Positions 1 to 12,703 of a DNA stretch of 64,000 nt are shown here, piece by piece. Numbering within the stretch: the first letter of the stretch is position 1; the number at the start of each line of letters is the position of its first letter. A program made the position numbers and the translations under genes. Where the stretch lies: contig NMRA01000103.1 in NCBI GenBank assembly GCA_002633005.1, positions 341,612 to 405,611 of the forward strand. Direction: 5' to 3'. Source of the DNA: Phoronis australis. Its lineage: Eukaryota; Animalia; Phoronida. Below the pieces are notes generated by a model. The model was not told the DNA's origin. It did not search any database and saw nothing but the letters and a program-made list of their open reading frames with translations.

Positions 1-400
1 ACCAATAAAGTTTCCTGCAACTTTCCCGCAAACACTTTTTCACCAATAAAGTTTCCTGCAACTTTCCCGCAAACACTTTTTCATCAATAAAGTTTCCTGC
101 AATTTTCCCGCAAACATTTTTTCATCAATAATTTAAAAGTTTCCTGCAACTTTCCCGCAAACGCTTTTCAAAAATAAAGTTTCCTGCAACTTTCCTGCAA
201 ACACTTTTTCAATCACCAAGTTTGCCGCAACATTCCTGCAAACTTCTGTGTTTGCAGCAAGGTTGCAGCAATGTGTGCGGCCGAGTTGTAGGTAGCGGCA
301 AACTCCTGCAAACTTTGCGGCTGGTTTGCTGCAAACAAAATTGTTTGCCACAAGCTTGCGGCATGTTTGCTGCAAGCTTGCGGCAAACATGGTCTTTTGG
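1..400. repeat. ~41-42 bp tandem repeat (ccaataaagtttcctgcaactttcccgcaaacacttttt), about 5 copies, grading into short ttgc(t/g)gcaa motifs; probably the subterminal region of a non-autonomous DNA transposon
   Basis: The unit repeats directly from 1 to ~210, followed by degenerate and inverted GCAA/TTGC motifs to ~390. The transposon interpretation is inference. Confidence 0.75.
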
Positions 401-641
401 AATGGAGATAGCTTAGGGCCCCAAGAAACCTTCATCCGACACTGAAATTAATAAAGATGTGAGCAAATAATTTTTGACATGTTTTATTGCATGCACTCTG
501 ACCTGACTGATCAGGCGCTGACTATGTTGTGGTAATAATTTGCCTGATTTTTCAAACAAGAGGAGTTTGTCTTATTCCCTCCCACTGTTCATTTCCACGT
601 GGTAATTATCACTGGTTGCTCATTTTTCTTTTTCTCTTTAG

Positions 642-829
642 ACGACAGAGTGGCAGACTGGCCATTAATGCACGCCTATTGGCCAACGTTGGCACTAACA
701 TTGGCGTATTTAGTCGCCGTCTGGCTAGGGAAGAACTTGATGCAGACAAGACAGCCACTGGCCAACAGATGGATTTTAGCTGGGTACAATTTAGGGCTTG
801 TTTTATTGAATTTTCACATATTTTATGAG
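642..829 (+). CDS. ELOVL4: ELOVL4-like exon (DRVADWPLM...NFHIFYE)
   Basis: tttag| acceptor, |gtaagt donor, 188 nt; typical ELOVL N-terminal D-x-R-V-x-x-W-P-L-M. Confidence 0.92.
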
Positions 830-3800
830 GTAAGTATGATCTTGTGCCAAGTTATTTCAAGTGATTTTATTTTGCTCGACAGAACAGTTTAGAAAGTATA
901 GTGATTGACTCCTGAATGTCACTTACTACAGTTTTCTTGTGATTATTTTTTTTGGAGAAATCTGCTGAAACTGGACTGAAACTACATCACATACGTTTCC
1001 TATTAAACTCGTTTAATTGCATTTGAGTTAGATTGTCTTGATTGATTTGTAAGCTCTAAACAAATTAAAAATTATGGGATGTTGATGAGGGGTGAACTAA
1101 ATTTCTTCCGCGTGTCAATAACGTAGCATTCATGTAATTTCAAATTTCATTTTTAGTTGTTGACTGCCAGTAGCAGGCTTGGTTACAGTTACAAATGCCA
1201 ACCTGTGAGCTACACACGAGACCCGGACGAAATGAGGGTGAGTAATTTCCTAAATATGGGGGTGCTGTTTTTTAGTACGCATGACAGTCGTCATTCTATA
1301 TTTTACTCGATTATACTGCGGCGGTAAGGTTTTGTAAGACCGTTAATGACAGGCGTGTGTATTTAGCCAATTTTGTATAAAATTATAGATTTTAACTCAA
1401 TTGTATATTTTCTAAAAGTAGAAAACTCGTAGAATTTTACTACTGACTCTTTGCCAATCTGATATTAGTTGGGTCCATGTTTATTTAATGAAATTTAGCA
1501 AAAATACAAAAGGTACAAAAGAGCTGTATTAATAACATGAAATTTTATTTTACATAGGTGTTCAAAATGCCTGTTACAGTTTTCTAAAACCTTTTTGTTG
1601 TGTTGCAACTTTAGATTTTTGATGAAAATCATAAAAGTCATGCTTGTATAGCCCCTCATGTAAAAGTGGAACATTTAAAAACAATAAATAGTTATTGGAG
1701 AAGAATGTATAAAGCATTATAGTATAAGACAGTTCCGTATGAATCCAATCAGTCATGTCTGTGGTACGATGTTCCAAAGTTAGTCAATTTTAGACATTTT
1801 TCTAAGGTTCTACACATTTAACCTTATGGAAGAAGTGCATTTTTAGATTCTGTAGCTACATTTGCCACCATTTCATTAATAGTTTGAAGTGGGAAAATTT
1901 GACTTGCTGAGTTAAAACTGACTAAACTATTGATTTTTGGTGTTTGCTTTAACTGAATGTTAACACTGTAACCCTACCTAGTGACTGGGAAATCTTGAAA
2001 TCATTGATAAGCTTACACTTTAACTGGATTTCAATGACTGACAATGGCTTTGTTAGAAAAAGGTAAACAACACTGTCACATTCTGGTGAGATTTTAATGC
2101 ATGAAACAAGGCCAACGTTGTTGTGTTATTGCAGCAGTTAAAACACTTGAAGTTTTGTTTCTCACAGACCTAAAATAAAATTTGATTGAAAATGAATTTT
2201 GCTTAATTTCAAAACTATCAAATCCACCCAGGTGTTTAGTCTTACGCTTGTAATTAACGAAGTTTATAATCCAAGTGGTCATTTACCGGAATTTGTGTAT
2301 AAGCTCTTGATTGAGGTTTTATCACACCTTATTCATTCATACACCCACAAGCTTCTAAAATGCTTCCCATAATGTGCTTGCAAGGAACGCATGCTGTAAG
2401 GATCTGTTTTAGGGTGCCTTGCTGGCTGACCTAGCTTCAGGGTGCATTCATGAGACAAGAATTAAAGATCTGCATTTACCCAGATCGGGCTCATGCTCTT
2501 GTGTGTGAAATAGTTGAGCAAAATAATTGGCAAGTCTTTGGATTTGAAATATGAGTTAAACTCATCTTATCCTTTTACAAGAAAAGCACTAAAAAGGGAC
2601 AAAAGATGCACTAAAATAACCAACTTAAGAGGTGCGTGTACTTACACGCGAAACACTCAAATAAAAATTTTATAGAATAACTTTCTGTTGAGTAGCCAAA
2701 ATTCATTTGAAAATGTGCGTTGTTGAGCATCAGCTGCACTTGTGAGCAGAAAGATTTTTTTCAGAAACAATTTATCGTACTAATTATGAGCCATGTCCAA
2801 TTTTAAAATGTCCCCTCCGTTACAAGAGTTGGGAAAAGTCAATCTCATATGAAGCATCATTATTGACCCAGAAATAATAAAGTTGTGCTGACTTTAAATC
2901 CACGTCTTCCAACAAACTGTCTAAAACACATGGCCCACAAACTTAACTACGTAATGCTGCTCCCAGCACAATTAATATGACTTGAGGGAATCATTGGACG
3001 ACAACCTTACACAACCAGTGGGGTGATGACCCATGCTCTTTCCCCCTCCCCTACACATTTTGAGTTTCAGGTGCGCCGGCAGACCAGCCCCAATTTGAAA
3101 AATAAGGGATGGGCCTGTACTTGAGGCTAGGTGTATACCAAGGTGAATACGGGTATAATTAAATTCTTTTCCATTAAACCAAATAATCATGTCTCTAACA
3201 AAAGTCAGGGTTATAACCATTAACGTAAAAGAAACAAGGACTGTTTTTGCATTAGTTTGCCTAACTGATGTGATGTAGGCAACCATGTTGGTTTTTTTTT
3301 AGATTTTATGCACATCTCAACTTTTACACACTTTTCTGTTGTGAAACCGGAGACAGTATCATGCTGAGTGTGGAATTCTTCTTTGAATTTGGGTGGCACA
3401 TGCAACAAATTAGCCTTACCTGTCACTATTGAAACATTCGTTTTTATCTAGTTTTGTTTTGTTTTTTGTGTGCAAGGTGAAGAGATGTGACCAAGGTCAC
3501 AAAGGTCACAAAGGTCAGATGCATCGGCAGATCGTTACAATGCACGGACTATGTCTTTATCATAAAATAACTCGCAACTTGTTTTTGAAACATCAGAACT
3601 GGCACAGAAATCGTAAATTTGTGCGCATAAAACGGAGTCATCCGTTACATTGTCCAGAGACACTGACTCATTAACGATAACATGAATATGCTACCAGCAT
3701 AACTCTGATATGGCTCAATGCTAATCAGTGGAAGACAACGTTATGTAGCCTGTCTGGTGGTGACTCACGTTTCATGCGCATTTAAGTTTCAAATGTCTTG

Positions 3801-6716
3801 GCCTAATTGCAAAATTCGTGAACTTTTTGGCAAGTCAGTTCTGTGCATGCCTTTCTGAGTATAATATAATTTGTGTCGATTACATGTTAATTACGTTATG
3901 CACTGACCATTAGTAAGTATAATTATGTCATATTATGTCTTATTATTTCGAGGTACCTCTTGTCTTGCAATTGCCATTATAAACTGCCTTAATCCAAGGA
4001 TCTCGATTTCTTTTTCTCAGATTGCAAAAGCTCTGTGGTGGTACTATATCTCTAAACTAATCGAGTTCATGGACACAATATTCTTCATTTTACGCAAGAA
4101 GAACAACCAAGTCACCTTCCTTCACGTGTACCACCATGCCACCATGTTTCCAATATGGTGGATTGGTGTCAAGTGGGTAGCTGGTGGCCAGTGTAAGTAT
4201 TTCTGGTTACACGGTGCTTTTAGCCTCGCTGAGTGAGGTTATTCCACTGCAGTTCACACTAGTTGTGAGAAAAGTAGCAGGATTCACTGAGTATCACATT
4301 TAGCTGGATAAATATGGTGAAATGTTACCAGAATAAGGCATAAAAATGGAAATCTATTTTCTCATTTTTGGATAAAGATTTGTTGTTCCATCTCCTTACC
4401 ATACCTACCACTAAACTTTGTTTTTGAAATGTAGCTCATATATTTGACTATTTGTATCGTATTTTTCTGGAAAATTATCGTTTATATCTTTTCATGAGGA
4501 ATTCAATCGCAGAAGCCAAACAGTTCTAGTCAACGACAATTTTTTTGAGCTCGCGTTTCATTGTCATGAAGTGTTCACTAATGCTATAATAGCTACACTC
4601 CACACAAAGGTCCTGTGATGGGCGTTCTTGATAAACAGACATCTTGAGGACAGTGGCTCTTGTACAAATCTTTTGGTGGGTGGACTACAGAGTGTTGTGA
4701 AGGGGTAAAGTTTGTAACAAAGCCCTTACGAAGGTGCTCCACTGCTTAGTTGACCATGACACTTTGAACATGTTGTTTCAGCTTTTTTTGGTGCCATGAT
4801 GAACTCCTTCATTCATGTCGTCATGTATTCTTACTATGGCATCTCTGCTCTGGGACCACACTACCAGAAGTATCTATGGTGGAAGAAATATTTGACCAGT
4901 CTGCAGCTGGTGAGTTGTAAATTAGTCCTCTCATTCAGTGGCCAGTTCACATGTTTTAGCTGTAATGGTGCTCAAAATCCTATATGTTTTTTCTCCATTA
5001 TTGATTGGTCTTGAGTTATGAAGTCTATTGTCCAATATGATTACCTTTACCTCATTTTTAAGAGCTTTTGAGAACCCAGTAAAACTATTTGCATTTATCT
5101 GTAGCCCAGGGGTTGTTCCAAAAACTGACTTAAGATCGACTTAAGTTTAAGATTTGTCCCCAGCTTCCAAACTTTAAAACTTCCACATCTAGTAAGAAGG
5201 TCAAAATTAAAACTTAACTTATCAAAAACTACCTCTTTCTTGACTGAAATTTAAGATTTGCTTTAGCTAAGTCAGTTTTCTTGAAGCGGGCCCTAAGTAG
5301 GTAACTTCTTGCTCTGTTGATTTAGCCAGTTTTCTTGTTTATAAGACATCTCTATTGCTCTCATTCTGCTGCCGTCTGCTGTCTTGTCCATTAGACATCT
5401 TTATTCTTATTCAGCTGCCGTCTGCTGTGTTGTCCATTGAACATCTTTATTCTTGTCCTTATTCAGTTAACGTCTGCTCTCGTGTCCTTGAGTCACCTGC
5501 ATTCTTATTCACTTAACGTCTGCTCTCTTCTAGGTACAGTTCCTGCTAGGCCTGGGTCACGCTGTTATGTCTCTAGTCGTCGAATGCCAATTCCCTAAGT
5601 GGATGGCAGTGGCATTGGTTGTTTATGCGCTCAGTATATTCTGTCTCTTCGTCAACTTCTACATTCAAGAGTACATTCACCGGCCAAAGAAGACAAAGGT
5701 ATAGTTTGGTTCGCAAAAATCACTTCCTGTTTCTCGTGTTGACATAATTGTTAGGAGACATGGCTTGTCTCATTGATGAATATTAAGTAAATTCAGTAAC
5801 TTTTGCTTACAAGCTGTTTAGGGTGTTCAAACGCCCTGAGATGACTATGGTCTAGCCAAAGTTGACATCTGAGATGTAAGGCTCAATTTTGTGAGAGTAT
5901 TTTATGCCGAGACACATGAATCTTTCAAGAATGCAAGACTGCGAGATATTGCCATGCATTGCAAGCAAAGCACATGAGCACACTAGCTTCACTTGGGACA
6001 TTCTTCCGTCTATGGTACACAGGTCAGGATTAACTTTGCATCATGGAGGCTATAATCTTCTCAAAAGTTTAGGAGAGTAGTCTCGCTGCAAAATTTTACT
6101 GTTTTTGTATTGTTTGGATCTAAATGGCGTAACGTTAGATCAATTTCGTTAGATGCGATTACACAGTCAGAAATGTGATACTTTTTGTGTATGACATTAT
6201 CCGAGCAGAGGTTGTTGAAGATGTGCCTATAAGTACTTCAAACTGGGTTTGTTGCAATTTTTAGTTAAAATTCCATACAACACTGGTTTAATCGAGCTGG
6301 AATTGATAAAATCAAATTTAGAATAAATCAAATTAGCAGCTTCGAATATCCTTGCTGATACAACCTATGAACTCATTTCAGGCCTTGGTGTTATATGTAA
6401 CTGGGATTGCTAATGCACTGTACAAAGTATGTCAAGCTACTGGTTTTCATCTCAAAAACATTGAAACTATAAAAACTATAATGGTTCTCGAAGTTGCGCT
6501 GCATGCAAGCATTATTAGAAACAACTCGCCTGTAGCAATGAGTAAAACACTTTCTGCTCTTCTTTTACAACCTTAGCATTTTAAATTCAGAAAGTTTGCA
6601 ACAGTTGTCTTTGTAGTATTACTTTACAATCATAAAACATTTAATTGTGTTCTTCTTGTTTAAAGGCGTCTAGTGTAATTTCTAATGGACATGCGGGTGA
6701 CAAAAAGACCAAGTGA
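642..6716 (+). CDS. ELOVL4: Elongation of very long chain fatty acids protein, ELOVL4-like (spliced; first coding exon lies upstream of the window)
   Basis: GT-AG exons 642-829, 1157-1237, 4021-4192, 4782-4909, 5534-5698 and 6666-6716 join in frame. ELO motifs present: Kxx[15 protein letters not shown] (HxxHH), [20 protein letters not shown], plus a C-terminal dilysine ER signal (DKKTK*). Confidence 0.95.
1157..1237 (+). CDS. ELOVL4: ELOVL4-like exon ([27 protein letters not shown])
   Basis: ttttag|...|gtgagt, 81 nt, with the YSYxCQPV motif. Confidence 0.92.
4021..4192 (+). CDS. ELOVL4: ELOVL4-like exon carrying the catalytic His box
   Basis: [57 protein letters not shown]; 172 nt. Confidence 0.96.
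4782..4909 (+). CDS. ELOVL4: ELOVL4-like exon
   Basis: [42 protein letters not shown]; 128 nt, canonical splice sites. Confidence 0.95.
5109..5294. mobile_element. Small MITE, PIF/Harbinger-like
   Basis: Imperfect ~25-bp terminal inverted repeats: ggggttgttccaaaaactgactta / taagtcagttttcttgaagcgggccc. Confidence 0.5.
5358..5530 (+). repeat. Degenerate ~45-55 bp tandem repeat abutting an ELOVL acceptor site
   Basis: Four copies of a cgtctgct..gtcc...attcttattca-like unit; the last runs into ttctag|. Confidence 0.7.
5534..5698 (+). CDS. ELOVL4: ELOVL4-like exon
   Basis: [55 protein letters not shown]; ttctag|...|gtatag. Confidence 0.92.
6666..6716 (+). CDS. ELOVL4: ELOVL4-like terminal coding exon ([16 protein letters not shown])
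   Basis: Pyrimidine tract and taaag| acceptor, phase 0, ending in an ER-retrieval dilysine motif and TGA. Confidence 0.8.
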   Translation, partial: ASSVISNGHAGDKKTK

Positions 6717-8837
6717 GAGAGATCAGAGTGAGATTACTGTGTGTGCCAACAAGAACAACAGGTGTCGCTGGCGCTGATAAGCTTAATAGAGGGTGTCCAG
6801 TATGTGTGCCTTAGTATAATGCCACTTATAGTTGATTCCAGTCGTGATTACTCAGAGTAGTTGTGAATGGGCTGCAATATTATTCAGAGTGGGGATTGGT
6901 ACAGTTGAGAGTAATTGACATCTGAAGAAATTTTGGAAGAACAATTCTCATCTTTACGTACAAGTTATTTTTGTAATAATGTTTTTTAAATGTCCAGAGC
7001 AGTTTCACTAATTCACTTGTCCTGAAATAGCACAGAACCACTCGCATCGCAAGGAATTTACCCACAATTCAACAAATGTGTCAAGCACTTGTCCTGCTTG
7101 TTCCCATGCAAATCTACTAGTCACTATATCCCAAGTATTATGAGATTTATTGTAATTCCGGAATACTTGTATTGTTGCATTTGGAGGTGCAATGCTAACA
7201 AGAAGGAATTGACAAGAAGGCCATATATCTGTGCTGGGTGGGCAGTGTATTGTTCCTAGGCTTGTCAATCAACTTGGGAGTGCTCGCCATTTTGGAAAAC
7301 AGGTCAGTCGTGCAATGCGTTTTTCTATCATTGCGAAAGAGAGTTCAATTCAGGACGGGTACAAAACTAGAGTTGTGACATAGGAAGGCTGTGAGAAGAA
7401 AATAACCCTGAAAACTTTGCACCATTACCATCCGCATTGTCCCCAACTCATCTTAAATTTCATCTGCTTTTGTGCTATACAGGGATTTTCTCTACAGATC
7501 AGCTAACCGATCTTAGAAACATCTGCAATTATTTGGGGAGGGGTGGTATCAAAACTTACAATTCTGGTGCAACGCTAACGGTTGTTTAGGGTGGTAATAT
7601 TTGCAATGTAGTCATACTTACAAACAGCCATAAAATGCAGTCTTCTTCACAGGTGGGATGTAACTGGTATGTGAAGCCATTTTCCTGTTTGTGAAATATT
7701 TTAATTGCAATGTTCTTGAAATTTTTGGTGCACGAGAGATCTCTAGGAAAGGTTTGTTCTTAAGTTTAGAGATTTTTAGAATTTACTGGTTTTGTAATAT
7801 TTTGATATGTGTTGTATGACAGTCCTAATTTACGTCAAAATTTACATTTTCAAATTTTTTTTTCTTGTAATTGGTGTACGTTTTTTCAATCATTTTTAGA
7901 TTGAATTCGGTATTCCTGTGACATAATTTTACACAAATAAGTTAGTGAATGTACAGTTGCAATTGAAACTCCATGAAATGATTCTTGTGGATGAAACATA
8001 TTTTCCAATTAATGTTCTTTCAATATTGTTTTTAAATACAGTGCTTGTATTTAGTTGCGACTTACTGGAGGTCAGCCTTAAATGTACAAGTTGGATCATA
8101 TGCAGTCTGAACGCATATGAGGAGGGAATTTAAGAAATGGATTTAAAACATCTTTCAGTTGTTGAAACTGTTTTGGTATTATAAAATTAGAAACTGAAGC
8201 TACCTAAACTGTGCCATATGTAAGTAACTTTAGACAATTCTTGAATGGGAAAAATTCCATTGCGGCGCCTCACAATTACAATTGTTACAGTCCTCTTAAC
8301 CAGCAGAGATCAAACTCGCAACACAGATCTCCAGTCAGATGCCTCTAAACACAATGACCAACTGAAACTCCTATCCCAGGGACTGAACTCCAGTCCTGGC
8401 CGACCACAGCCCTCATCTGGGTTGGTCTCAAGGTTTGGTAACATGATTAGAGTTAGGGTAGTGGGAAATGTGGCCACTGGTTCGGTGTTTATTGGTCCGG
8501 ACTGGGCCTTAGAGGGTTGTAGGTAAGAATTTAGAATCGAGGCCATGGAATCTTTTCTTCACCCTGATGTCACTGGTATGAGAAAATGGAGGTCCATTCA
8601 TGAGGTAACATTCTGTACCAGATGCATCACTAAATGCGACTTATTGCTTTTTATTGAGCGTATTTGCTTTTTGTTGAAGTCTAATTTCCCATGGTTTGTC
8701 AAGTCATGACAAGTGGTCTGCCATTTCATACATGTCACTGTAGTTCATTTAATGGATTCGAAATAGAATGTTGATTTTTGTAAGGTGAAGTCCTTGTCTC
8801 ATCATTTTTTTTTCAAAGTTTGTTTTTATTGTTACAC

Positions 8838-8860
8838 AAATAAATGACAATACAATAAAG
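8838..8860 (+). promoter_or_regulatory. Candidate polyadenylation signals of the ELOVL gene
   Basis: Two AATAAA hexamers close together after ~2.1 kb of T-rich, UTR-like sequence. Confidence 0.4.
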
Positions 8861-11800
8861 TACAGATACCCTTTTTATATGATTATGTCAATCTCAATAT
8901 GGCGTGGGAAAGTGTATTGCAGTCGTTTAAGTCCCGTCAGATGCCGCCGTGCTGACGGGACTTAAATGTTTGCAACATACATATAATTAGCCCAGAAAGC
9001 TAACCATTATACCATTATATAACCATTATTATATCCAGGCTTTTAACTATGAAACAATGACATACTTAAGTGAAACATAATATAAGCAACCACTACTTCC
9101 CATTGCAGTCACATGCACACTGACTACAGCTGGGGCATACACTCGCATGGTCAGAAAGTTAAAAGTACAGACTTTCACTTCACAAGCCCTACTTAATGTA
9201 TGCATAAGGTTTCTTCAGCGTAGACGTGGTAGTGTGAGCACGCCTTCCACCTCGCTACTATGACTTTTGACCTGGGATCAGTTTCGTGAAAGTGACTTTT
9301 GACAGAAATTCGATCTGACGCCCCCACTTCATAATCGCTAGGTTTAGCCAAGTAACTATGAGCGCACCCTCATGTGTAAAAATAATTTATAAAATTTGTC
9401 AGTAACTATCAGTTATGCGTATTTTCTCAAAGACTACACTCAAATGAGATTTGTTTTTTTTCAGAAGCATTTACGTGAAGTATAAGACCAAATTTCTGTC
9501 TTAAGTCTAGTCACTTTTCATGAAACAGACACCAGCTGTCCCAGTCGCAATTCACCGCACGTGCATGGCAAGTGTCTTGGATCAATGGAGCGCAGCCCAG
9601 GTTGATCTGGTTGGTAAAAAGGCTCTCCGTTGATTACGACGCGCCGAGACTGAAACGCACTCACGGAAATGGCTGAAAACTTTGTGTAGTCCATAATGGT
9701 ACATCCGATCTCTTTATAAGTTTTCGGACAGAACACCACACGAGAAAATTAACATTGTGAAGAAAAAATAACGAGAAAACTGGATTATAGTACTAAAATA
9801 TACAATTTTTTTATTGAACAATAATTTGTCCCTAACAATCGCAAAACAATAAACTTCACCGTTTCGTGGATTGTAATACAGCAAGCATTCATTCCAGGTA
9901 CAAAAGAATGTCTCCAGCCCAAACGCAAATTTACAAAATAATTTTACACTCACACTAAAGTTTACAGCACAATGATTACCGCAGCGTCTACCGAAATAAT
10001 TCTATAACATTTAGACTCAAATTCTGGCTAGATTTTAGTACTTTTGTTAACTGCTTCTGGTAGTTGCCAGTAGTTCTATTTTAAAGCATTTTCGTGTTTC
10101 ATCAAACAAGTTAGACGTTCTTCCTTCAACCCCAAGAAGTAAACGTTTCCAGAATCCTGCTAAGTGAATGAAACGTCGCATAATCTCGTGTAATCACATG
10201 AGCGCCATCTTTCGAATATTGCCGCTTTTCCTTTGACCATGATTTTTTTTTTTTTAATCGATTTTGAGGGTTTACACTTTATAATTCTCGACGGTCTGTG
10301 CAGAGCACCGTGTCTAACTTGATTTTTACTTACCTTCAAATGGCAGAGTTATCTGCCATGAGGGTTCTTTTTATGTCAAAGTCGTGAGTTCGTTTTTGAT
10401 GGTCAATATCTCTCATATTTGAAGGAATATTGAAGATCTGAAATACGATTTGTTCCTCAGTCATAGACCGTAGAATGAGTGTACCAAAGTTCATGGCCTC
10501 GGTCACTAAAGAACAATCTAAGTTCAAATTTGCTACAATGTCCAAAATGGAAAAGACTGAAATGGCTTGTATAAAGATTTACCATGTAACTGAAATGACC
10601 CTAAACAACTCGCATATTTGACGAATAAATAATGCTGATAGTTATGGCTAACAATGAAACATAAATACACGGTTTGATAAAGGTGAACATTGAAAAAATA
10701 CACAAATTTGATTTTTGTCAGTTCCATGCCTGTTAAACCTGACTCAAAACTTCATAAAAACAAAAGAAAGCGTTCTTAACTCAATTCTTTTTTATAAAAA
10801 TTTATTTTCGAAAAATAATTTGTTGTTATTGTGCTTTTTCCGACAACTGTTTTTACTGCTTCCAACACTCAACTTCGTATGGTCTTGTTCAAGTCATTAA
10901 AAAAGAACAACTCATATCTATAAAAGCTTAAAACCCTGTTTTGATGATTTTTAACCGATCGTCCTTCTGTCACCTGCATCGTTGGTGTCAATTTTGAAAG
11001 ATAAAGGAAGGAATCGATACTTCCTATCTCACAAATTGGGTATTAGGTGCTTGGTGGGTGGCCGTTGCCGTGCAATTTGCTAAAAGCGTAGGTCACGCTT
11101 GCCCATTTAGCAGTCTTTGAAACGAGTTTTCAGAATTTCTTCCAAATTTTGAGGGTTGCCGAGCGGATGGAATGCCTTTTCAATATCTGTTAATAGGTCA
11201 AAACTGAGTTTGATATGCTTTTAATATTTTGTACTTTGGTTTTGAGATATAGCAAGTAACGGTGAAGTCACACAAAAATACTGTCTAATGCATGGCCAAG
11301 AAATAAAGTTAACGCAGCGCATGACCACCACCTTGAAACTGTACTTTTGAAATGTTGCAGTCATCACATGACGTGACCTTTGGTCAATTTTCACAAAAAA
11401 AAATCTATGCAATTTTACAGCTTTTGTCTCACATCAATTTTTCATTTACTTTCACTTTGAAATCTACGCATGAACAGGCGAAGTCCAAATACCCTGGGCA
11501 CTATTATGCTCAACACTGATTGACCGGAGGCGTCTGGACTTCATTTCGATCACCGATAATCATTCAAAATGTATTTCCAGGACTGAGTTCATCAAGCATT
11601 GCGAGCAGGGTCAGAAAATGTAAGAAAACCTCTTGTTATTAAATTGAAAACTGCTTTTTGAAAAATTACACAATTTTCAAGACTTAATAATTCCTAAATG
11701 TAATCGAAACCGGTGTTCGAATTATATCGGTTCGCTATTACGCACGTCATAATTAAATTAATTCAGCTGGTTGACTGAGATTCTGCAGTTAAGGCATTCA

Positions 11801-12146
11801 CAACCGTTTCATTAATAGTTAATTACACTATGTGAATTGATGCGTACTCCTTCCCTTCATTGCAGCAAGGCATCACACTACAGTGATGAGTTATTCGGAA
11901 GTGTGTTTCAGTGATTGAAGGAACTTCAGGCGAACACTGAACAGCGATGGTTTGATGTTGAATTTTGATATTTTATTAAGTATTACCGTGACAACAATAA
12001 CAAAACACATACGTGCAAGACCTAGGATACCAAGGTTTTTCATTCCGCAAGAGTGGCACTCTAGCTCAGGTGTTTGATTTCCATCAAGAGATTTGCCCAC
12101 ATTCCGATTTGCACAGACTTTGACTACGAGTCCGTTGAGCTTCAAG

Positions 12147-12703
12147 TCAACGGTGCTGAGAACTGTCAATGACTTTAGTCCGCCCAGTTGAATTGCTTTG
12201 AGAACTATAACCAGATTCCCTTCGACTGTTGTTGGTGCGATGCACTTTGCTGACTTCAGAGTTGACATAAGTGTACACACTAGCAGAGTTTGAATTATTC
12301 GACGAGTAAGTAGCTATGGCAGCCCCATCAAGTGAAGCAACATTTAATTCAGACAAAGGAATTATTGACGTGTGGTTGTGACGTGAAACAGGCTCGGGGA
12401 TGACGCCCCTAGTTTTATCAGCCACTGAAGCGGTAGATAGGTCGTCTCCACCAACGTCAACGACCTGCGGGGAAGAACTGGGATTACAGTGACGTTGCTG
12501 CGGAGACCTCGTTCGTCTTTTGGAAGAACTTTTCTTGCGGTGCTTTGGTTTGGTTTTAATACCGAAAAACATGCGGCAACGTCTGGACCATTTTATGGCC
12601 ACGCTAATACTGACACATATAAGGACGACTGCTCCTGCGATCAACGAGCAGCATATTATAAGTATGGGCATATCCGATGCGTCTGATGGTTGAATATCAG
12701 CAA
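12147..12703 (-). CDS. LRP-like terminal exon: TM helix and cytoplasmic tail
   Basis: tttcag| acceptor in phase 1, a hydrophobic 24-mer, a basic stop-transfer cluster and a Ser-rich tail to TGA. Confidence 0.8.

Noticed and set aside
133-435. 100-aa ORF with repeated FAGKLQETL-like peptides
   Set aside because: Translation of the 41-42-bp tandem repeat inside an ELOVL intron.
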